Source: a virus
Strand: one strand, 5' to 3'
Virus record (IMG/VR): IMGVR_UViG_3300043466_001817
Location: 30,096-94,095 of that record
Length of the DNA: 64,000 nt
Position numbers and translations under genes: made by a program. The notes under the pieces were generated by a model, which saw nothing but the letters and a program-made list of their open reading frames with translations, searched no databases and was not told the DNA's origin. Below, piece by piece: positions 35,045-44,474 of the stretch; the first letter of the stretch is position 1; every line of letters begins with the position of its first letter.

Positions 35045-35587
35045 TTATTTTTTCTTCTTTGATTCTTCTTCTCTTTTGATTGAACCAAGAACTCTATCCC
35101 ATACGAGTTCTTGTGCGTGGGGATGAATTTCTCCACTTGGCGTACCAAGATCAATTACATCTTCATTTCCCCAGTGTGGATTGCCTTTCTCCGGGTAGAT
35201 TACGGGTGGCATGAATTCGGGACCAATTTTTTCAATTGCATCCTTTACACTTGTAAATGGATTTTTTGTAAAATATTTATCAGTAGTCAATTTCTTGAAC
35301 ATGTCTTCTTTGGATTTTTTTTTGTCGTAACTGTGAGATCCAAGATTACGATCAACGTGAGGAGCAACGTCTGAGTGATGTCTTGCAATCAAATCTGAAA
35401 TTTGATTATGTAGTTGCATTGCTTGTTGCCCTGCTGCAACTTCTGCTGAACTACCAGTTTTATCGGCATCTGGACCGTCAAAATTATCTGGTGTTAGATT
35501 TGCGTTTTCAACCAATCTTTGGAGATGATTGACTCTTTGTTGTAGTTGTTCGGATAGATTCTTGTAGTAATTTGTTAAGTAGTTCAT
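35045..35587 (-). CDS. Late protein with MNYLTNYYKNL N-terminus
   Basis: TAAATA-N5-ATG; N-terminus shared with the 21650 gene. Confidence 0.6.
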   Translation of the reverse strand: MNYLTNYYKNLSEQLQQRVNHLQRLVENANLTPDNFDGPDADKTGSSAEVAAGQQAMQLHNQISDLIARHHSDVAPHVDRNLGSHSYDKKKSKEDMFKKLTTDKYFTKNPFTSVKDAIEKIGPEFMPPVIYPEKGNPHWGNEDVIDLGTPSGEIHPHAQELVWDRVLGSIKREEESKKKK

Positions 35588-35595
35588 AAATTTAT

Positions 35596-35799
35596 TTATT
35601 CCTGTTCTAATGTCTGTGCGTGTTCCATTTCAGATTTAACAGAAGACTTTGCTTGTCTTGAAATTTGTTCAGTCTTCTTTGTGTCTTTTGACACCGTTAC
35701 AGCATCTCTTCTGGCTTTTTTTTCTAAAAACTCCGGGTCGGATGTTGTTGATCCCTCTGGGACCACTTGTTCGCGTAAATAATCTTTAAAAGATTTCAT
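35596..35799 (-). CDS. Putative internal head protein
   Basis: MKSFKDYLRE. Confidence 0.55.
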   Translation of the reverse strand: MKSFKDYLREQVVPEGSTTSDPEFLEKKARRDAVTVSKDTKKTEQISRQAKSSVKSEMEHAQTLEQE

Positions 35800-35817
35800 T
35801 TTTGTCTATTTCTTTTA

Positions 35818-37131
35818 TTATGATCTTTTGCCCAAAGTCAATATGTCATTTATTGTATTTTGTAGACCTTTACCTAAATTTTTTGGGGGAGGTTGAATTC
35901 CCATCCATTCAATTTGATCATTGCCATATTGATTTTGGACTTGGTTCATTACTTGTGGCATTGATCCGGGCATGATTGCAGTTCTTTGTGTTGGAACTTG
36001 TTGTGGTTGTTGTTGAACAACTGATAGGTTTTTATTGACATTTTCCATTCCACCAGATGGAACGATTGTTTGCTTTTGTGCCACTTGATTTTGTGGTCCT
36101 TGCTTTTGAGCTACTTGATTGTTCCAAGCATTGATCTCTTCTGGAGATTGACCTCTCATTCCAAAAGCACCCCAATTTTGTTGTTGTGGTTGTGCTGCTG
36201 GGGCGGGTGTTTGTTGTTGAGCAGGTGCCGGTTGTTGTGTCGGTACAACTCTTTCAGTTGGAGACTTCCAATATTCTCCTTCGACTGGTTCTGGTTGCTG
36301 TGGTTGTGTTTTTACACGAGCAGGCGCAGTGTTTTGTGATTTGTTTTGATATGCTGGCAAGTAACTTTGTACATAACCGCTCTGGTCCATTTGATAGACG
36401 CCACCGGGTTGCATTGCTTGTTGATTAAATTGCGCTGGACTTGGACGATTTGATACAGAAACATTTCCGGGCATGTATGTTGCTGGGTTGTTTGGGTCAC
36501 CCATTGGAATTGTTTCTTGACTCAATCTTGTACCAGATTGTTTTCCTGCAACTTTAAGATAGTCTTGAATATCACTTTCTGGTGTGACTCCAGTATTCTT
36601 TGCTGGGGCGGTAGGAGTAACATTTGAAGGAAGCCCTCTTCTGATATCATCAAGGGCCTTCATTATTCCACCAGAATATTGAGCGTACTTGTTTGGTTTT
36701 GTTCCTGTGCCTGCTTTGGTGAAATCAAATCCTTGAGTTGGTACGTTGGGAGTTACGCCTCTTCTGACATCATCAATGGCTTTCATGATTCCACCAGCCA
36801 TTTGTGCAAATTGATTTGGTTTTGTACCTGTGCCTGCTTGAGTAAAATTAAAACCTTGATTTGCTGAAGGAGCAGCGGACGCAGCAGGTGCCTGAGCAGT
36901 GTTCTGCGGCGACATATTAAACAAATTCATTATTGTATTTTGAAGATTTCCTTGTTGCTGTGCCGCAGGAGGATTTTGCAATTGATTCATTATGCTTGGC
37001 ATAGAACCGGGCATAATTGGTGTTCTGCCAGAAGATTTTTTCTTATCTTCGTTCAATTCATTTTTAATTTGATGCAATTTTGCGGCAGCATCATGGATAT
37101 TGTTTGAAAAAATTAAATGGTCATTAAACAT
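35818..37131 (-). CDS. Gln/Pro-rich low-complexity late protein with internal duplication
   Basis: QGF.FT.AGTGTKPN..AQ..GGIMKA.DD.RRG twice; TATAAATA-N5-ATG. Confidence 0.6.
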   Translation of the reverse strand: MFNDHLIFSNNIHDAAAKLHQIKNELNEDKKKSSGRTPIMPGSMPSIMNQLQNPPAAQQQGNLQNTIMNLFNMSPQNTAQAPAASAAPSANQGFNFTQAGTGTKPNQFAQMAGGIMKAIDDVRRGVTPNVPTQGFDFTKAGTGTKPNKYAQYSGGIMKALDDIRRGLPSNVTPTAPAKNTGVTPESDIQDYLKVAGKQSGTRLSQETIPMGDPNNPATYMPGNVSVSNRPSPAQFNQQAMQPGGVYQMDQSGYVQSYLPAYQNKSQNTAPARVKTQPQQPEPVEGEYWKSPTERVVPTQQPAPAQQQTPAPAAQPQQQNWGAFGMRGQSPEEINAWNNQVAQKQGPQNQVAQKQTIVPSGGMENVNKNLSVVQQQPQQVPTQRTAIMPGSMPQVMNQVQNQYGNDQIEWMGIQPPPKNLGKGLQNTINDILTLGKRS

Positions 37132-37139
37132 GCAAATAT

Positions 37140-38135
37140 TTATACATTTGCATGTTCTTTGCTCCCTGAAAAATTAATAAACTTTACATCAGTCTGTTCT
37201 TTGATGTAGTATTTGATGAAATCTTTCATGACCACAATATCCTCAAAATTTACCAATGCCCCCTCATATTTCAGCCGGAATGTTCCGACACTCTCAAGCA
37301 CATCACACTTGTTGATATAAAGTTCTGTGCAACCTGAAAGTTTAATGGCAGCGATAAGTTTATCCAAATTTAGCCAGTTCACCAGACGCTTGCGCCCAGT
37401 TGTCGAACCAAATTCCTGACCTTCCTCAATTATCTGGTTGAGGATCTTGTCTTCCCACAGCGACTCTGGAAAGAGTGGATCAACACCACTCTTGGTGTCA
37501 TAGATCTTGGCGACACCGATCAGTCGTTCGATCTTTTTTGGCGAGAAGCCGAGCGAGCAGGCACTATAAGGCATAGTTGAACTGCTGGTGACATATGGAT
37601 AATCTCCGTGATCAATGTCAAGCCAGACACTTTGAGCGCCTTCACAAAGGATGCGGCCTTTGAGTTCTCCGTCCCAAAGGAAATTTTGCGAAAAAACATC
37701 CTCGGCCCGTTTCCCTTTTCGAAGCATCTTATCAGCATAGCAAGGAGCGATGCCTTGACCAGTTGTTCCAAGTTTACCTTTTAGGTTGTTCAAATCATAT
37801 TCGATGTGATCATCTGTAATGATATGGGCCTTTGGAGAAACTTTTACAAGTCCGATGTCAAATCCGTTTTTGTTCAAGTAACTGAGTTCTTGATAAAATT
37901 TATCAACATGAAGAACACAACCGGGACCAATAATTGATGGCTTATCTTGAAAAATACCACACGGAATAATGTGTGTCTTGTATTTTACATTGTTGATCCA
38001 GACCGTATGACCTGCGTTGGGACCGCCATTCCAACGACAAACCATATCGTAGTCTTTAGCAATTGCGTTCGAGATCTTTCCCTTGCCCTCGTCACCCCAA
38101 GCAAGGCCGTAAATAATATCAACAGATTTAATCAT
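37140..38135 (-). CDS. purA: Adenylosuccinate synthetase (short form)
   Basis: WGDEGKGK, GGPNAGHT, GTTGQGIAP, EGAQ, YPYVTSS, GSTTGRKR. Confidence 0.92.
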   Translation of the reverse strand: MIKSVDIIYGLAWGDEGKGKISNAIAKDYDMVCRWNGGPNAGHTVWINNVKYKTHIIPCGIFQDKPSIIGPGCVLHVDKFYQELSYLNKNGFDIGLVKVSPKAHIITDDHIEYDLNNLKGKLGTTGQGIAPCYADKMLRKGKRAEDVFSQNFLWDGELKGRILCEGAQSVWLDIDHGDYPYVTSSSTMPYSACSLGFSPKKIERLIGVAKIYDTKSGVDPLFPESLWEDKILNQIIEEGQEFGSTTGRKRLVNWLNLDKLIAAIKLSGCTELYINKCDVLESVGTFRLKYEGALVNFEDIVVMKDFIKYYIKEQTDVKFINFSGSKEHANV

Positions 38136-38148
38136 AAAAAGTTCCAAA

Positions 38149-38221
38149 CTCTCCGAACTGGATTCGAACCAGTGACATGAAAGTTAACAGCTTTCCGCTC
38201 TACCTACTGAGCTATCGGAGA
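38149..38221 (-). tRNA. tRNA-Asn(GUU)
   Basis: GAAAG-CTGTTAA-CTTTC. Confidence 0.93.
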
Positions 38222-38237
38222 AGGTATAAATATTTAT

Positions 38238-38426
38238 ATGGAAAGATTAGAAGATACAATACGCAAAGTTCAACAAAAATACAAGAATCGTCCAAGTCCT
38301 TTGAGTGAACAGTATACACGATCAAATGCAAATGTCAATTTTGTTCCTCAACAATCTAATCCAAATAAAGATATTAGAAGCAATTTATTGGGAAATTTTA
38401 CACCACCAAACGACACCTTTAGATAA
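38238..38426 (+). CDS. Small late protein
   Basis: TATAAATA-N5-ATG. Confidence 0.55.
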   Translation: MERLEDTIRKVQQKYKNRPSPLSEQYTRSNANVNFVPQQSNPNKDIRSNLLGNFTPPNDTFR

Positions 38427-38446
38427 TCGAAAGAATAAATAATTTT

Positions 38447-39967
38447 ATGGACCAACTCACTCAACTGTATAAATCCCGTGTCGAAGATCTTCAAAAACAG
38501 ATTACCATACTTGAATCAAAGTTAAAAAATATTGATAATTTGAATGAAGATACAAAAGAAAATGTAGAATTTCTTCGATCAACCGGCGGTTATGTTATTA
38601 AATATGTAAATAATAAACCAGTAGCATTATATGATAAAAAACCAGAAGATGGTGGAAAAGAAATCCCGTCTAAACAGGCTGGAGATCAACTAGTACCAAA
38701 AGAAGGCCCTCAAGGTGAGGGTGGTAAAGGCGGAGATGGTGGTGGTGAAAATAGTTGGTTAAAACATCTTGATCCATTGATTTCTGGAATAAAAAGTACA
38801 TGGTCTGGATTGCCGGATTTGGTAAAATATCCCACTGTTGGTGCGTTAATTGGTACTACAGAAATTCCTGGACTTAGAATTCCTCCAACCAGACCTGGTT
38901 TAAAATCATTAGAGTATTTTACATCATTTAAACAACCACAAGGTCTTAGACAATTATTCTCACCAGAGGGATTGCCTACTGATACCTATGTTCCACAGAG
39001 CGGAGGACTGGAGGCAAAACCTATTATAAGCGCAAAATCTTTAAACCCCATTACACTTGCATCAAGAGCGGCGGCAAAATTTAGAATTGGTAGAATGGGC
39101 GAAGAAGGATTGGAAACATTAAGATCTCAAGCAGAAGAGGTAGCAAGACAACGAGATATAGAAGCTGCAGCAAGACAAGCAGATAGATCTAGAAGTATTT
39201 TTAGACAAGCATCAACTGCTGCTAGAACAGCAGAACAAATACCACCTGGATCCAATTTAAGAGAACCTGCACTTTCAGTTGGTGGTACTGTACAACAAAC
39301 TCCATTAACACCAGCCGGGGAAACCACAGTTTCGGACGCAGTAAGGGCTAGACACGGATCAGTAGATCCAGAAGTTGAAACATTGATAGGTTCAAGGACT
39401 TTATCTTCAACTGCAAAACCCTTAACACAACAAAGTAGTTCTAGTGTACCAAAAGGTGTTAGCGTTACATCTGGTGGTGCAATTGCGTTAGAACCTCAAG
39501 ATCCAATGCAAGAACTTTTATTAAGAGCTAAAGAAGGAATAGAAATGACTGGTAAAGATGTCAAAGCCGCTGGTGCTGCTTTGCGTAGAGGTGCAACAAC
39601 CCCATTACCAGGTTCTTCAAGTGCTCTAGCATCAGGTGCTGCAAAAATGGGTGCAGGTGTTGTTGGTGCATTGGCTGGAGAATATTTACTAAAACCTGAA
39701 TTAGAAAAAGCAGGTATATTTAATGCAACAGAAAAAGGTGTTAGAAAATCATTAGAAGGAAAACCTGGATGGATGGCATCCGCTGTTGATATAGGTGCCG
39801 AGGCAGCAAAGCAAGCAGCGCAACCATTTATGATGGGTTTACCTTTATCTGCTGCAACATCAGTTGGAACGCTATCTGGTGGTGCACAAGATCGCTTTGC
39901 AAAAGAATTGAGATCTAAAGGATATAGTGAAAAAGAAATAAGCCAAATGGCTTATCCATCTTTTTAA
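38447..39967 (+). CDS. Hypothetical late protein
   Basis: TAAATA-N5-ATG; MDQLTQLYK coiled-coil N-terminus. Confidence 0.6.
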   Translation: MDQLTQLYKSRVEDLQKQITILESKLKNIDNLNEDTKENVEFLRSTGGYVIKYVNNKPVALYDKKPEDGGKEIPSKQAGDQLVPKEGPQGEGGKGGDGGGENSWLKHLDPLISGIKSTWSGLPDLVKYPTVGALIGTTEIPGLRIPPTRPGLKSLEYFTSFKQPQGLRQLFSPEGLPTDTYVPQSGGLEAKPIISAKSLNPITLASRAAAKFRIGRMGEEGLETLRSQAEEVARQRDIEAAARQADRSRSIFRQASTAARTAEQIPPGSNLREPALSVGGTVQQTPLTPAGETTVSDAVRARHGSVDPEVETLIGSRTLSSTAKPLTQQSSSSVPKGVSVTSGGAIALEPQDPMQELLLRAKEGIEMTGKDVKAAGAALRRGATTPLPGSSSALASGAAKMGAGVVGALAGEYLLKPELEKAGIFNATEKGVRKSLEGKPGWMASAVDIGAEAAKQAAQPFMMGLPLSAATSVGTLSGGAQDRFAKELRSKGYSEKEISQMAYPSF

Positions 39968-40094
39968 TACAATCTATAGTAACCTTAAGTAAACTCTATA
40001 GTTATCTTCTATAGGGTTTATTTATTTACTTCTAAAGTTTCTTTAGAGTATATCATAAGAACCTTAAAGATCAAGAAGCAATATAAATATTATT

Positions 40095-40340
40095 GTGATA
40101 TTAAATCAAGGAATTTACGGCGTAGTTATCTGGGTGACAAATTCTGATATAAAAAAATCAGAAGATGAAATAAATCAAGTTGTGCAGAAGTTGTTGGAAT
40201 TAAAAAAACAACCGTTCACTGATGTTTATGTAAAGATGCCAAGTTTGCTGTTTCAAAAGTTTTTGGATAAATTGGCAGAAAACAACATAAAGTACAAAGA
40301 AGCAGAATTCAAACACCAACAGTTCTTAATTAAGTTCTAA
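40095..40340 (+). CDS. Hypothetical protein
   Basis: TATAAATA upstream. Confidence 0.5.
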   Translation: MILNQGIYGVVIWVTNSDIKKSEDEINQVVQKLLELKKQPFTDVYVKMPSLLFQKFLDKLAENNIKYKEAEFKHQQFLIKF

Positions 40341-41023
40341 TGCCTGAACTACCAAGACCACAAATACGAACCGCAAGAGATCCAGGTGTCAACACAATAG
40401 TTGAGCCTACGACTGACTTTTTTCCACAACCAACATATGCACAACTTCAAGAGTTGTTGATAAAGTCGGTAACCAAGGCAATGAAAGATGATCACATGAA
40501 TGATCAATCTTATCTTGGTCAAAAACAAAAATATGAAGGGTCTACGCACAAAATATTGAAGTATCAAAATTTAAAAGAAAAAGATCCTTTGTTTGCACAA
40601 CATATGTCAAAAATTTATGGATCCTATGAATTATTTTTAAAAGCAGTAGAAGATCAAGCAAAACAAAAAAATTTAATAGATCCAAGAAATGATAAAAAAC
40701 TTGATGTTACTATAATAACACAAAACATATATTACAAGTCTGACCACATTTCTGCACAAGAAATTATAATGGAAGCATTGAATGGAATTTGCACTGTTGA
40801 TTATTTGGATGTAGCGGGAAAAGCACAAAGATTAAATGGAACATTGCAAAAGAAACACATACTTGGAAGCCAAGTTGGAGAAAGATATCAATTTTTTGGT
40901 CCTTTGGCTGGAAAGTATGGTGAAAAAATTGTTTTGTGGAACATAAACAAACAAAAATGGTCTTCGTTTTATTTGAGCAATACTGTAAGATTTGTCAAAG
41001 ACGACACAATTGATCTAGAATAA
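40340..41023 (+). CDS. Hypothetical protein with C-terminal SH3/WYL-like domain
   Basis: GICTVDY....G..R..GTL...LWNINKQKWSSF. Confidence 0.55.
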   Translation: MPELPRPQIRTARDPGVNTIVEPTTDFFPQPTYAQLQELLIKSVTKAMKDDHMNDQSYLGQKQKYEGSTHKILKYQNLKEKDPLFAQHMSKIYGSYELFLKAVEDQAKQKNLIDPRNDKKLDVTIITQNIYYKSDHISAQEIIMEALNGICTVDYLDVAGKAQRLNGTLQKKHILGSQVGERYQFFGPLAGKYGEKIVLWNINKQKWSSFYLSNTVRFVKDDTIDLE

Positions 41024-41239
41024 ATAGTATTGATGGCAGAGGAATCAAAAAACCTCGACCACATGTATGCCGTACTCTTCCGTGAGTCAAAGATTATTCT
41101 TAGTAAGTACGAAGCTTATTTGCGTGAACAGATAACATCTAAAGAACTTGCACAATGCATGTTGAGTTTGAAAGATGCTATCAAAAGAATAGAAAATAAG
41201 AATTGACAATCATATAACAAGTGTCATAATAGGTGGCTT

Positions 41240-42277
41240 ATGTTTTTACATGAAGATATTAAATTGGATTATTCCGACGTATTGATTGTTCCACAATCAT
41301 CAAAAGTTTCTTCTCGTAAGGAAGTTGATCTTACGGTTGAAACTGTTTTTAATTGTGGAAGAACTTGGAAAGGAGTTCCAATCATGGCATCAAACATGTC
41401 AACGATTGGAACTCACGCTATGGCAAAGGCATTGTATCAACATAAGATGGTTACATGCCTCCGCAAAGGCGGGACATATTATGAAGTTCTTATTAGAGAA
41501 ATGCCAGAGATTGAACCTTATGTAACTCTTACTCTTGGTATGGATAAAGAGAGTATGTTGTATATTGATACGGCTGAAATCAAAGATCCAACTTTTGTTT
41601 GCTTGGATGTTGCAAATGGTTACATGGAAAAGTTTGCTGATTTTGTAAATAAGGTGAGGAACAAATGGAAAACATCAATTCTAATAGCGGGAAATGTGGT
41701 AACACCGGAGGGGATGGAACTGTTGGCCAAGGCTGGATCAGACCTCATAAAGGTTGGAATCGGGTCAGGGTCAATGTGCTTGACCCGGAGAGTGGCGGGA
41801 GTGGGTTATCCTCAACTGTCCGCAGTAGCGGAGTGTGCCCAAGCAGGAGCAGAACTTGGGGTTGGGGTCGTCGCTGATGGTGGAGTTGTACACCCCGGTG
41901 ATTTTGCTAAGTCTTTTGTGGCTGGGACTGCATTTGTCATGGCTGGAGGCGCATTTGCAGGCCATGACGAGTGTGGAGGTGAAATACGACACGCCAATCA
42001 TAACTCATCACTCACGATGCTTCATTATGGTATGTCCAGTAAAACCGCAAATGAAAGATACAATGGCGGCCTCAAGGATTACCGTGCTTCCGAGGGCCGC
42101 ACTGTGGAAGTACCTTATCGTGGATCTATACATCACACCGTTCAGGAAATTCTTGGTGGAATTCGTTCAGCGTGTTCGTATGTTGGTGCATTTAACTTGA
42201 CAGAATTGTATGCACATGGTAAACTGGTCAGAGTAAATAACCAACTCAACACTATTTTTGAACAGAACGAAATATGA
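41240..42277 (+). CDS. guaC: GMP reductase
   Basis: KLDYSDVL, ASNMSTIGT, CLDVANGY, KVGIGSGSMCLTR..GVGYPQLSAV, YRASEGR. Confidence 0.92.
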   Translation: MFLHEDIKLDYSDVLIVPQSSKVSSRKEVDLTVETVFNCGRTWKGVPIMASNMSTIGTHAMAKALYQHKMVTCLRKGGTYYEVLIREMPEIEPYVTLTLGMDKESMLYIDTAEIKDPTFVCLDVANGYMEKFADFVNKVRNKWKTSILIAGNVVTPEGMELLAKAGSDLIKVGIGSGSMCLTRRVAGVGYPQLSAVAECAQAGAELGVGVVADGGVVHPGDFAKSFVAGTAFVMAGGAFAGHDECGGEIRHANHNSSLTMLHYGMSSKTANERYNGGLKDYRASEGRTVEVPYRGSIHHTVQEILGGIRSACSYVGAFNLTELYAHGKLVRVNNQLNTIFEQNEI

Positions 42278-42831
42278 ACATTTTTGTTGTTGACGAAGAT
42301 CCTATCATTGCCGCCGAAATGCTTTGCGACAAGCACTGCATCAAGATGATTCTTGAGTCTTGCCAGTTGCTTTCTACTGCCCATCATGTGTGTGATGGTC
42401 AGCAAGTTCAAATTACTGGTAAGCGCACTTACACGACTTATGATTGCAAGAAGCCCAACTTGCTAAAGGCTACGATGATCAATCATCCGTGCACTATTTG
42501 GGCTCGTGCTTCTCGTGACAATTACTTGTGGCTTTGGAAGCACGCTTATGCTATGTGCAAAGAGTATACTCGTCGTTATGGCAAAGTTCACAAATTGGAA
42601 GCATTGTTGGTCGGTGATCTTTATAATCCTCCCAAGCACATCCCTAAGGGCAAATTGACTCCTTTTGCACAAGCCATGCCCGATGATTGTCGTGATGCAA
42701 ATGCTGTTATTGCATATCGTAAGTATTACATCACTGCTAAGGTTGATATTGCAAAGTGGAAAATGAACAACGCTCCGACTTGGTATACGGAGCGTTGTGT
42801 AGATATTATTAAAGAACCTATTCCGTTTTAA
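42274..42831 (+). CDS. Pyrimidine-dimer glycosylase-like protein
   Basis: MNIF.VDEDP..AA..LCDKH..KMILE..QLL...NHPC..W...PFAQAMP. Confidence 0.75.
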   Translation: MNIFVVDEDPIIAAEMLCDKHCIKMILESCQLLSTAHHVCDGQQVQITGKRTYTTYDCKKPNLLKATMINHPCTIWARASRDNYLWLWKHAYAMCKEYTRRYGKVHKLEALLVGDLYNPPKHIPKGKLTPFAQAMPDDCRDANAVIAYRKYYITAKVDIAKWKMNNAPTWYTERCVDIIKEPIPF

Positions 42832-43710
42832 TTATTTTGGTATTTTAATTTTTTGTCCAACTTGAATTTTATTTGGATCTTTAATATTATTTGTACCAAT
42901 AATAGTTTTTAATTTTTCTGGATCATTTCCCGCTATTTTTGTTAAAGTATCACCTTTTTGTATAGTATATTCTGTTTCTTGTTTATCATTATTGGTTGAT
43001 GTTGATTTAAAAGCATTTCCCAATTCATATGGTCTTTGCAATATTTCACCAACCGGTTTTATTTGCTCAACTGAAGCATATGGTTTTAATTTTACACCAG
43101 TAGAAGTGGTTTCTTGTTTTTTATTTGATGGAAATCCATGAGTCCAAAGATCTGCTTCTTCTTGTCTTCTTGTAACAAGTCCGGCAAGAACTTTTTTACC
43201 AGATTTATTATATAATTTCATAGTTTCTGGTACTTTATCCCATTCTTTATTTTTTAATACAGTTGTTATTTTTTCAAAATCTTTATCTCCATAAAAATTT
43301 TGACCAAGATTATAAGCAAAACTTAATAAAGATGCCTGTTGACCAGAATGCATATCATCCCATCCAGGAATTTTTTCCATTTGGGGAGTAATAACTTTAT
43401 CTATTGAAACGTTTATTAACTCCTCAGCTTTTTCTTTTGTTATTGGATCTCCAACTTTAATTGGTTTGCCTGTATCTGGATAAACAAATGTTGTACCATG
43501 ACCAACAACAATAACATCTTTTTTTTGTTTTTGTGTAGCATCTTTATCTATTTCTGCTACGGGTCTAAATCCTTCTTTTTTCTTCATAAGATCTACAATA
43601 TAACTTCTTGCTTCTGGTTTTGGTGGAGCGGCAAGAGCAGCTGATGCAATTCCAGATGTTGCAATTTGGGCTATATTATTTTCATTTAAAAATTGTTTAA
43701 AAGTTTTCAT
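42832..43710 (-). CDS. GH24 lysozyme with C-terminal LysM
   Basis: EGFR..., VGHG, ASLLSFAYNLG, GLVTRRQEEA; YTIQKGDTLTKIA...NKIQVGQKIKIP. Confidence 0.88.
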   Translation of the reverse strand: MKTFKQFLNENNIAQIATSGIASAALAAPPKPEARSYIVDLMKKKEGFRPVAEIDKDATQKQKKDVIVVGHGTTFVYPDTGKPIKVGDPITKEKAEELINVSIDKVITPQMEKIPGWDDMHSGQQASLLSFAYNLGQNFYGDKDFEKITTVLKNKEWDKVPETMKLYNKSGKKVLAGLVTRRQEEADLWTHGFPSNKKQETTSTGVKLKPYASVEQIKPVGEILQRPYELGNAFKSTSTNNDKQETEYTIQKGDTLTKIAGNDPEKLKTIIGTNNIKDPNKIQVGQKIKIPK

Positions 43711-43766
43711 TTGTTATTTGCCATCCATAAAACTAGTGTTATAATAAACCCATATAAAGGAAACAT

Positions 43767-44078
43767 ATGAACGTAAAAGTATTTAGATTAAACTCCGGCG
43801 AAGAAATTCTTGCACGATTTGAAGAGTCCGCAACACATTGGACCTTAAAAGATCCTGCAGTACTAATTCCAATGCAAAAAGGTGCAATTGGAATGATGCC
43901 TTGGATGATGTATACTAAGGCTTCAACCGGAATTCAAATTCCAAAAACTTTTGTGGCGTTTACTGTTGAGCCTCTTGAAGAACTGAAGGCTCAGTACGAT
44001 TCTAACCTCAATAACGGACTCGTCACTCCTTCCAAGACCGTTGAATCGGCGTCGAAGCTGAAGCTGACGATGGATTAA
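43767..44078 (+). CDS. Conserved T4-like Sm-like-domain protein
   Basis: MNVKVFRLNSGEEILA...MMPWM. Confidence 0.6.
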   Translation: MNVKVFRLNSGEEILARFEESATHWTLKDPAVLIPMQKGAIGMMPWMMYTKASTGIQIPKTFVAFTVEPLEELKAQYDSNLNNGLVTPSKTVESASKLKLTMD

Positions 44079-44079
44079 A

Positions 44080-44454
44080 TTGGACATAGATACGATTAAC
44101 AAGATTTACCTCCCCATTGCCAAGCCTCTTTCGATGGCTATGGAGAGGCAAAAAAAGCACATCTCGTTGGTTCTGTACAAGCGCAAGGTTATTGCGGTGG
44201 GTCAAAACATTTTTAAGACCCACCCCAGTACCTTGCGTTTGGGTTATAGAACGGCTGACATGCACTCTGAACTAGATGCATTCCGCAAAGTTCCTAAAAA
44301 TTTGCGTGGTGAAAAGTTGGTTCTAATTAATTTTAGATTCAACCGTTTTGGTCATTTTAGAAATTCTAAGCCTTGCCCTGTTTGTTCTAAGTGGTGTTCT
44401 GAGGTATTTCACAAAATTTATTATACCACTGATGAGGGTCTAGAAATGCTCTAA
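44080..44454 (+). CDS. Zn-dependent (d)CMP/cytidine deaminase-like protein
   Basis: HSE...SKPCPVC...IYYT. Confidence 0.7.
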   Translation: MDIDTINKIYLPIAKPLSMAMERQKKHISLVLYKRKVIAVGQNIFKTHPSTLRLGYRTADMHSELDAFRKVPKNLRGEKLVLINFRFNRFGHFRNSKPCPVCSKWCSEVFHKIYYTTDEGLEML

Positions 44455-44474
44455 ATATAGAGCGAGGTCTGTGA

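Noticed and set aside
37140-38135. PurZ (diaminopurine DNA pathway)
   Set aside because: Retains the canonical GDEGKG aspartate of PurA; PurZ substitutes this residue.
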